From Eledone cirrhosa (Eukaryota), in NCBI GenBank assembly GCA_964016885.1, contig OZ024746.1, forward strand, positions 73,160,001-73,224,000: 64,000 nt of DNA, written 5' to 3'. The notes beneath the pieces are model-generated. The model was given only the letters and a program-made list of their open reading frames with translations. It had not been told where the DNA came from and did not search any database. Numbering within the stretch: the first letter of the stretch is position 1; every line of letters starts with the position of its first letter. This document shows positions 54,770-64,000 of the stretch, in pieces. A program made the position numbers and the translations under genes.

Positions 54770-55035
54770 TTTCTCCTCTTTTCCCGTCCTCTGTATTTCT
54801 TCATCCTAATGATGTATGCTTCTTCTAATAATAGTGTTTTGTTCGCTTAGGACTATAGGACAACCATAAAGTGATTATTGATATTCCACTTCACTGTGAA
54901 GTAGAATATCAGATATCAAGAAATAGATACACATTTCCTTATATATAACAAAATGATAAAATACAACTTCAAAACAACAGGGAATATAACAGTGTATGTG
55001 TATCGAAAATATAATTTAGGCTGCTCAATATATTT

Positions 55036-55112
<77 letters not shown>

Positions 55113-55116
<4 letters not shown>

Positions 55117-55303
55117 GAAGGGGATGTGGTAAGGGGCCAGATGAACCATAACGCACCAGAGTACTCAATACTTAGGGTAGTAGAGTGGGTAATAGGAAAA
55201 TGTTTAACTCCGACGGCAGAGCTCAAGCCGTTTCGACGGCTATTTCTGGACTGAAATAGCCGTCGAAACGGCTTGAGCTCTGCCGTCAGCGTTAAACATT
55301 TTC
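55113..55303 (-). mobile_element. Family B PLE-like fold-back, second copy
   Basis: Reverse complement of 11101-11290. Arms 55194-55247 and 55252-55303 with GAAACGGC-TTGAGCTCT-GCCGTC (stem III plus GUC). Confidence 0.75.
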
Positions 55304-55404
55304 CTATATATATATATATATAGACTATCCAGATGGCTTCCAAAAATAATGGTTGCATTTTAAAAGGGTACGTCAAAGCTTATTTGTAAAACTGTTATAT
55401 ATTG

Positions 55405-55469
55405 TATTTTGTCTGATGAAGGCATACCATAATTTAATTTGGTATCCCTGAAATATGTATAATGAAATA
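55405..55469 (+). ncRNA. Type I hammerhead ribozyme, family A
   Basis: TATTTTGT CTGATGA AGG-C-ATACCA..TGGTAT-C-CCT GAAA TATGTAT A ATGAAATA. Confidence 0.78.
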
Positions 55470-55508
55470 AATATGGTTTTATAAATATAGTTTCCATTTA
55501 TTAATATC

Positions 55509-55560
<52 letters not shown>

Positions 55561-55563
<3 letters not shown>

Positions 55564-55832
55564 GGAAAATTTTGAACAGGGACAAAACAGAGAGGCAGTA
55601 CAATAGATGTTTATTAATTTCACGCTCAGGAGAGTGGGGGGTAGGGGGGGACGACGTTTCGGGCATAAGCCCTTCCTCAGGTGAGAAGTGTGTGGGAACA
55701 GAGTTCAAAAGGTGTGTAGGGGAGTGGTGGAGAGACATATAGCGAAAGGAAACGGTGCGAATGAAAAATTAACAAATAAAGATAAAAAATAAAAATAAAG
55801 CATGATCAAAATACAAGGAATGAGAAAATTTA
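55561..55832 (-). mobile_element. Family C pLTR fragment with minimal HHR (55651-55682)
   Basis: Reverse complement of 47140-47418; CTGAGGA A GGGC TTAT GCCC GAAAC GTC. Confidence 0.8.
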
Positions 55833-55874
55833 AAAATATATATAAGTGGTTACACAACAGTTAGTTCACCATAC

Positions 55875-55912
55875 CGAGAACAATTGTTTCACCTTAGCGG
55901 ATCCTCAGCTCG
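55875..55912 (-). ncRNA. Minimal type I hammerhead ribozyme
   Basis: Minus strand: CGAG CTGAGGA TCC GCTAA GGT GAAA CAATTG TT CTCG. Confidence 0.72.
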
Positions 55913-56075
55913 TAATGCACATGGTTATACGGAACAGGAAGGACAACCGTACGAACGCGCATGCGCAGAAACGATCACTTCACACAGGCAATACTAAATT
56001 GCGTGCGAGAGGTGTAAGGGACATAACTGCGAAAGTCCGAAAGTTTCTAGTTGATAAGAAAATTAGGATGTATGT

Positions 56076-56195
<120 letters not shown>

Positions 56196-56469
56196 ATATA
56201 TATATATATATGTATAAATATGTATATATATATACAGTAAAGAGAGACGAACACGGATATATATAATTATATGTGTTCAAATCCCGAGGGACAGAATCCG
56301 CCAGAGTGAAGAAAATATTGACTAAAATAGTATGGTTCACAGAAGTCAATCAAAAGGATAAATTGAGATATACAATCCTACCATGACAAACATCATGTAT
56401 GTATCCGGACAGCTTACGGGTGGAACTGTTTCGCAAAATTCTGTGAAGAGAATTACGGGTGTGGTGCAT

Positions 56470-57110
56470 GTAGGCTCTATCCATGTATAACAAAGTATAA
56501 CAAAGTACTGTAGTATAGGAGAGTAGCGGCCTGGGTGTGAGATTCAGTTGTACAAGACACGCAATATACATAGCACACATTTCATAATATACAGAACATT
56601 GTATTTAAATCAAAATCAAAAATTAAAATAAAGTTAAAATACAATAAAGTTACAATTACAAAACAGTAGGATAAGGAAAAAATAGTATTTAAATAAATAA
56701 AAATCAATATTAAAATACAATAAAATGGGATTAGGAAAACATTTTTTATGTAATGTAAAAACCACCCATAGTGCTATTCGCAATACACACCAATTTTCTT
56801 AATCTCTCTAAATATTTTAAAAAATCTAAAAATATTTTTTAATACTTTCAATATTGTTGATCTATTTATCTTTTATCACTACCCATTACCCACCTTTAAT
56901 GTTCATATTATCGTTATACATTTTTCCTTATCCTACTGTTCTGTAATTGAAACTTTATTGTATAATTTAAATACTATTTTGATTTAAATATGTTCTGTAT
57001 ATTATGAATTGTGTTATATATATATATTGCGTGTCTTGTACATCTGAATCTCACATACTACCTCTACTGTCCTTTTTACTACAGTACTTTGTTATACATG
57101 GGTAGAGCCA
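56470..57110. repeat. Diverged long inverted repeat
   Basis: 56472-56682 versus 56920-57110. Confidence 0.75.
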
Positions 57111-57164
57111 ACATATGTTATACATAATTTAAATCTCCATACATTACATCTTAATTTATTCTGC

Positions 57165-57485
57165 TATACATAATTAGAATTTCCATATATAACCTCTCAG
57201 TTTAACTTATCTTCCATATATTAACTATCAGTTTAACCTATTTTCCATATAATACCTCTCAGTTTATTCGGCTATATGCAATTAGAATTCCATTTGTTAC
57301 CTCTCACTTTATTCTTTATACATAATTAGATTTTCCACATCTTAACCTCTCAGTTTAGTATATTATATATAATTAGAATTTCCGTATATTTCCTCTCGAT
57401 TCACTGTTATGCATAACAGAATTTTCGTATATTACTCTTCAGCTTTTACTGTCGTACTTAATTAGAATTTCCCATACCTTACTCG
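57165..57485. repeat. Degenerate minisatellite, about 45-50 bp unit (TAATTAGAATTTCC..ACCTCTCAGTTT)
   Basis: Unit recurs about 6 times. Confidence 0.7.
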
Positions 57486-58144
57486 TCCGTAAATCCAATT
57501 TAGTTTAATTTAGCATAATATACATAATTCTGATTCCGCCTCTCCCTCCCCCTATCTATAGTTCCTGTAAATAGCTTTAGCAAACATGGTAATTAACGCA
57601 AGGGTAAATAGGACTAGAAATGATTTAGGTTCTTTCAGTCTAGCATTTCGCTTCCATCTCGGTTCAACTTCACTTTACTTATTTGATTATTATGTTTCAT
57701 TCTTAATTTTTTTTTATTTCAAATCTTACGATATATGAGGAATCTCTGGGAGTGGGATTCGGCAGCAGGATTGTTCCCCGTAGCTTGCATGATCTATGAA
57801 ACCGATCAAGGTCCTCGGGCCAACATGCCTAACAGGCAAGGAGTTATTAGGTGGTTCCGTTAATATATATATATATATATGTATATGGCAACATACACAC
57901 ACCTGCACGCACACGCACACACACACATATATATATATATATGCTGAACTCCATATCTTTTGTTGAGTTTTTTTCGGAATGTTTTGTCTGCTGTTTCTTG
58001 TAAACAGTCATTCGTCTCATTCTGACGTCACTAGCCCTGTTTTCCATGTGTGTTTATTATCTTAATTCCACACGAGGTGTAACTAGCCTGCTTTTAAATT
58101 CCCTTTTGGCATATTTTAGCAGTGGTTCTTAGTTATCGTGTTGA

Positions 58145-58225
58145 GCTCTACTGATGAACGACTCTAACCGTGACTAACCCCACTGAAAAGTTTCGTGAAA
58201 TAGTCTTTTCAAGACTATATAGAGC
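58145..58225 (+). ncRNA. Canonical type I hammerhead ribozyme
   Basis: GCTCTA CTGATGA ACGA..TCGT GAAA TAGTC TTTTCAA GACTA TA TAGAGC. All three stems are Watson-Crick; predicted cleavage after 58219. Confidence 0.85.
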
Positions 58226-58490
58226 ATTTGTAGATTTTTCCAAATTGAAGGATAAGTATTTACTCTTAATTTTATTCTGAGTTAAGATTCTATTGGTTTT
58301 TTCCCTGGATTACACAAAATCTGTGGATAAAATTTCTGTCTTGACTTTTTTTGAATTTGGATTGAATTATTTTCCCATATCTTACGTTAGATATTTTCCA
58401 TCTTGACGTAATAGTCACTTATATGTATGAATTACTGTTGGCTTCTTGCTCACATTAAATTCGCTATTTTCATTTATATATGTATATATA

Positions 58491-58800
58491 TAGTTGTCCC
58501 CCGGTATTCGCGGAACTTACGTTCCTAGAGCATCCCGCGAAGTGTGAGAAACCGGGAATATTGGATGTGGTCCATAAAAATGCCTATAAACGTTAAAATA
58601 TAACGTAAAATATAGGTCGGCAAATACAGTATAATGTTATTAATAATTTAGCGCTAGAAAGCGTAAACAAATATATATTGCCACGGAAAAAGCCATAAAA
58701 AATCGCAAAATATATTTACGATTCCGCGAATATGCGGTGGTTTCCACGAATAATTATTAGTTAGGTTCTAAGGAAAATTCAGCGAATACACAGGGGTACA

Positions 58801-58803
<3 letters not shown>
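58491..58803. mobile_element. Tigger/pogo-like MITE
   Basis: Imperfect TIRs TAGTTGTCCCCCGGTATTCGC / GCGAATACACAGGGGTACACTG in a TA context. Confidence 0.6.
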
Positions 58804-58838
<35 letters not shown>

Positions 58839-58885
58839 ATGTGTGTATACGTACATACATATATGTATACAGACGTACAGTAGCA

Positions 58886-58955
<70 letters not shown>

Positions 58956-59113
58956 CAGGTACACATACATATATGCACGTATCAGTTTAGCGGACGCTTA
59001 TTATAACGCCGCTTTGTTCGTTTGTAAACAAATGCAAATTAGGCTGCTCAGCCGTTAATTTTCATAAGGAAAGTATATACTTTCGAACGTTCAACTATCT
59101 GGCAGATGGGTAT

Positions 59114-59156
59114 ACGGTGCTGATGATAGCTAACAAGCTTGAAACTAGTACATCGT
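59114..59156 (+). ncRNA. Minimal type I hammerhead ribozyme inside a nested inverted-repeat element (58825-59540)
   Basis: ACGGTG CTGATGA TAGC TAACAA GCTT GAAA CTAG TA CATCGT. Degenerate homolog at 63847-63889 (-). Confidence 0.78.
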
Positions 59157-59308
59157 TCCTGTGTCAGTGTTGAACAAAAAGGTGACGTGGTTGCCTTAAC
59201 ACCGTACGGCATAAAAATTCAGGCTGTTCAGTTTGTTTACAAACGAACAAAGCGGCGTTATAATAAGCGTCCGCTAAACTGATACGTGCATATATGTATG
59301 TGTACCTG

Positions 59309-59370
<62 letters not shown>

Positions 59371-59450
59371 CAGGTACACATACATATATGCACGTATCAG
59401 TTTAGCGGACGCTTATTATAACGCCGCTTTGTTCGTTTGTAAACAAACTG

Positions 59451-59488
<38 letters not shown>

Positions 59489-59600
59489 TGCTACTGTACG
59501 TCTGTATACATATATGTATGTACGTATACACACATACTTACATTTAAGTAAGTGCCGTACTAAGAGTGAGAAATGAAATTTCGTTTTCATTTTATTTCAA

Positions 59601-59658
<58 letters not shown>

Positions 59659-60533
59659 TATATGAATGTATGTATAGTATATTTGGCAATATACCGTATG
59701 TTTAGTTGAAAACATTTAGAAGACCATTCGCTATGAGTTTTAAAGTATTGACTATGTCACTTACTTATTTTCGGCGAAAACAAAGGGAGAATGATTGACA
59801 GTCTGTTTCTCGCTTGTTGGCGTTTATCAAAACCACACACTCCCCTGCCTCCGCCTAAAATTATAGAAATTGTATTCTTATAGAATTCCAATATATATAT
59901 ATGCTAGATTTCTTTTACTTGCATTGATGTGAAACTGTATTAAATCAGTAAAAGAGATTTCTTTATACCCGAAAGGGTAATTTTAACAACAAATAACAAA
60001 TGTACTGATTACAATTCACTTTTTTTTTAACAACTAATCCATTAATAATTGATTAGTTTGTCTTGATTGCTAAAAATATATTTTCACCACACATCTATGG
60101 CTTTCTTAATTGAATTCTTTCTTCCAACTGATTATAATATTTTTCTTGTATCTTTGTGCATGTGTCTGTATGTTGCTAATCGCTATTTATGTTGTCTAAC
60201 ATATATGTGTGTGTATATTTTCATGATTACTCTGCGGACATTAGTAAAAGCGTGTATATAGTGTTATGCTACTGTTAATAAATATGAACTATATTGAATA
60301 TTACTGTGCGTGTGTATATATGCGTCCAGGTACATGAGTGTGTTAGTATGTGTGTTAGTGTGCGTGTTAGTGTTTGTATGTGCATGAATATGTGTGCTTA
60401 CGTGCTATTGAGTATGCACGTTAAATTCCTTTGGTTTATTCTTATTTCTTACTTGTCGCAGTTTTCTATGAATTGGATTTGTTTGTACTAGCTAATTTTA
60501 CTTCAACTAGGTTACAGCTTCCGCCATTACATT

Positions 60534-60687
<154 letters not shown>

Positions 60688-60825
60688 AGGATCGAACTAG
60701 TTTAAAACTAGTTAGACCATTACTCAAAAGAGTACTCGATATTAGGAATAGTAAAGTATGGGTATACTATAAAAAGTCGGGGCCTGAGAGCTGAGATTTT
60801 GCTGTTTCAACAGATAGTTCCGGAC

Positions 60826-60874
<49 letters not shown>

Positions 60875-60946
60875 GGAGCCTCCAACAGTAATGGCTGCAT
60901 TCTTTAAGGGTATGTCAATATTTATTTATAAAACTGCTCTATATTA

Positions 60947-61011
60947 TATTTTATCTGATGAAAGCACACCATGATTTAACTTGGTGTCCTTGAAATATGT
61001 ATAATGAAATA
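60947..61011 (+). ncRNA. Type I hammerhead ribozyme, family A
   Basis: TATTTTAT CTGATGA AAG-C-ACACCA..TGGTGT-C-CTT GAAA TATGTAT A ATGAAATA. Confidence 0.78.
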
Positions 61012-61138
61012 AATATGGTTTTATAAATATAATTTCCATTTGTTAATATCGTATTTTTACTCCAAATATTTGTTGAGTGCTTTATATCAGTTATAAAAAT
61101 ATTTGCTTGTTGTATCCCAACAATTTAAATAGAACTTT

Positions 61139-61219
<81 letters not shown>

Positions 61220-61428
61220 AGGAGGTGAGTTTTATTGTAGCACAATAAAGCAATGCAAATATCGGATAAGTAGCACTCTACAGTTTGTAGGACTGGAGTA
61301 TAAATAATATAAGATCAAAAGATGGTTAAAAGAGTCCCAAGTATTTTATTATGCGCATTTCAAAAACATATGTTGATTTAAAACTTCATTATTCACAAGT
61401 GTTTTTTAAGCTTCATATCATGTATCCT

Positions 61429-61499
61429 TATTTTATCTGATGAAAACGCACCTATCATCCCATGATGATATTTGTTTTTGAAATGCGCATAATAAAATA
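61429..61499 (+). ncRNA. Type I hammerhead ribozyme within fold-back 61303-61537
   Basis: TATTTTAT CTGATGA AAA..TATCATC/GATGATA..TTT GAAA TGCGCA TA ATAAAATA. The 3' half is inverted at 61342-61368. Confidence 0.75.
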
Positions 61500-61603
61500 C
61501 TTGGGACTCTTTTAACCATCTTTTGATCTTATATTATATATATATATATATATATATATCACGATAAATTAACGGAGCCATAGACCCTCGCCATTCCCTG
61601 TAA

Positions 61604-61787
61604 ATAATTGTTTCTACTTTAGGCACAAGGCCAGCAATTATTCCAGTGCATTACTGGTACTTTATTTTATCGACTCCGTAAGGATGAAAGGCAAAGTTAA
61701 CCTCGGCGGGATTTGAACTCAGATCATAAAGGGAACTATGCTGGAAAGTATGGCGTCCGACGCTCTATCGATACTGCCAATCCGCCT
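61604..61787 (-). mobile_element. SINE family S1, near full length
   Basis: Same body and B-box as other S1 copies. Others at 48055-48138 (+) and 52780-52940 (-). Confidence 0.8.
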
Positions 61788-61831
61788 GTAAATAATGTGC
61801 TCAAAGGAGAAGAAATCCTGAGCGCTTTAAA

Positions 61832-62517
61832 ATACAATATGTTGAAAAGGTAACACACTAGAGAGAGATATACAGTGCGCTATCAATAAAACAAGGGAAA
61901 AACCACCAGTGTATGGAATCTATAACTTATGAAATGCAGACTATAGACATGATAATTAAAAATATAAATTAAAGCGTAAATAAATACCTCTATAACTATA
62001 TAACACACGTACAAATCCAAAGAGATCTTTTTCGCCAGTAAGTTGTGGACAGAAATGGAATAACCCCGATCCTCAGCGTGTGTAAGGCTATTACATTTCA
62101 GACAACACTAAGAGAATTTTAAAAGTGACTGTCCAGCTACACGTGGCAGAGAGAAGTCACAGCGTGTTTAAGGGCAGTGAACCAGTGGCCTCTGAGGGAC
62201 TTCTCTCTGTCACGTGTAGCTGGACAGTCACTTTTAAAATTCTCTTAGTGTTGTCTGAAATGTATAGCCTTACACACGCTGAGGAACCGGGGTTATTCCA
62301 TTTCTGTCAACAACTTACTGGCGAAAAATATCTCTTTGGATTTGTACGTGTGTTATATAGTTATAGAGGTATTTATTTACGCTTTAATTTATATTTTTAA
62401 TTATCGTGTCTATAGTCTGCCTTTCATAGGTTATAGATTCCATACACTGGTGGTTTTTTCCCTGTTTTATTGATAGCGCACTGTATATCTCTCTCTAGTG
62501 TGTTACCTTTTCAACAT

Positions 62518-62524
<7 letters not shown>
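61832..62524. mobile_element. About 690-bp fold-back with an HHR in each arm
   Basis: Arms 61832-62158 and 62197-62524 with a few mismatches. HHR ACACACG CTGAGGA..GAAA..GTA CGTGTGT at 62272-62353 (+) and 62003-62083 (-). Right end abuts (TA)n. Confidence 0.85.
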
Positions 62525-62559
<35 letters not shown>

Positions 62560-62848
62560 ATACAATAACAGAGATAGTTTAAAGCTAAACTCTGACTGGT
62601 AACCATCTCACTCAACAAACATATTAGGTTATATTAAAATATAAACCCAATTTAAGTGTTTGGGGTGCTAACAATATGTATAATGTGGAAAAACCAGTTG
62701 TATTATTTTATGAGATATAATTAAAGTTAAAGTATATCTCTCTTTCCAAACAATTGTTTCATTATAAGTTTTCTACAACTTGGGAGAATGTTTCCAGTTT
62801 ATGTAGAAGCCTAATATATATTCATGTAAGAATATATTTAGGTGGGCA

Positions 62849-62895
<47 letters not shown>

Positions 62896-63375
62896 CTTGT
62901 ATTCGCGAACGTATACTTTCGGTCATTACCCAAGATTCATGACCATAGATAAGGGTGGTGGGGCAGAATACCAAATTGAAGATAGAAAGTTTAGCTTTTA
63001 CACCTACCTCCCTTCTTCTGATTCCCGAATATCACTGTCTGTATGTGTATCTGTGTCTGAGTAGATAAGCAAATATATCCTGTAAGGTATATGATTATCA
63101 TTCATTGTTTGCTGATCCGGCTTGTTATCTTTATTTTTCTACGTCTATTTTTGCGTACCTCCAAGTGTGAATAATTTCCATGCTTCAATTCAACTTGTGT
63201 GAACCAGTATTAACTCTTCTAATTTATATTTAATTTTGTATGCAGCGTTTGTTCGCAAGAACAAAGCTTACACATACAAAATAAATTACTCAATACTTTA
63301 AGAAGTAGAGTATATTATATTCGATTCTATGGGAATTTAATCACACACACACACGCGCGCACGCACGCACACACG

Positions 63376-63437
<62 letters not shown>

Positions 63438-63568
63438 AACATATATATAGACATACAGATACATATAAGTATATATAATTACAGATGGAACAAAACGATA
63501 TAAACGGAACAAATGGTATCCGTTCTAGGCAACTACATCCTACATCCATTAGATGCCAACGGATTTCC

Positions 63569-63639
<71 letters not shown>

Positions 63640-63643
<4 letters not shown>

Positions 63644-64000
63644 TATGTATACGTACATACATATATGTATACAGACGTAATGTAGTATGTATATACATAC
63701 ATATATGCACACATATATATATGTTCGTATGGGTTTAGCGAACATTTATTATAATGCTCGGTTTGTTTGTAAACAAACAGCCCGAATTATTAGCCGTACA
63801 GTGTTCAGCAACCATCGTTGCCCTTTTGTTCAACACTGACAAAGGAACAATGAACTAGTTTGTAGCTTATTAGCTGTCATCAGCACCGTATACCTTCCTG
63901 TCAGCTGATTGAACGTTTGAAAGTATATACTTTCCTTATGCATATTAACAGCTGAGCAGCCTAATTCGCATATCGACTTTACATACAAACCGAGCATTAT
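63640..64000 (-). mobile_element. Diverged relative of the 58825-59540 element
   Basis: 63780-63970 is homologous to the reverse complement of 59030-59230. HHR core has GAAA changed to CAAA. Confidence 0.7.

Overview
Non-coding, repeat-saturated animal genomic DNA (AT-rich; (TA)n, (CA)n, (TAA)n, (CATA)n, (GA)n and (GAA)n tracts throughout). The SINE types and microsatellite load suggest a mollusc, probably an octopus; this is inference, not a database result. I see no host gene that I can support, and nearly all listed ORFs are microsatellite read-throughs. The recognisable coding remnants are all transposon-derived: two long Tx1/L1-clade LINEs, R4/Dong-like and other RLE-type LINE fragments, RTE fragments, Penelope-like (PLE) GIY-YIG remnants, and mariner/Tc1 and hAT relics. 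Non-coding mobile DNA includes Tigger-like and piggyBac-like MITEs, non-autonomous Helitrons and many tRNA-derived SINEs. The main signal missed by the ORF track is about 19 type-I hammerhead ribozyme (HHR) motifs with intact cores, plus about 12 half or degenerate ones. They belong to more than 10 unrelated short non-coding families, mostly beside (TA)n/(CA)n tracts. Many lie in fold-back structures centred on or next to the ribozyme, and several families share a 3' TTGAGTRCT motif. HHRs in PLEs and retrozymes are known; the density, fold-back geometry and shared 3' motif deserve a closer look. Coordinates were read by eye and element edges are approximate.
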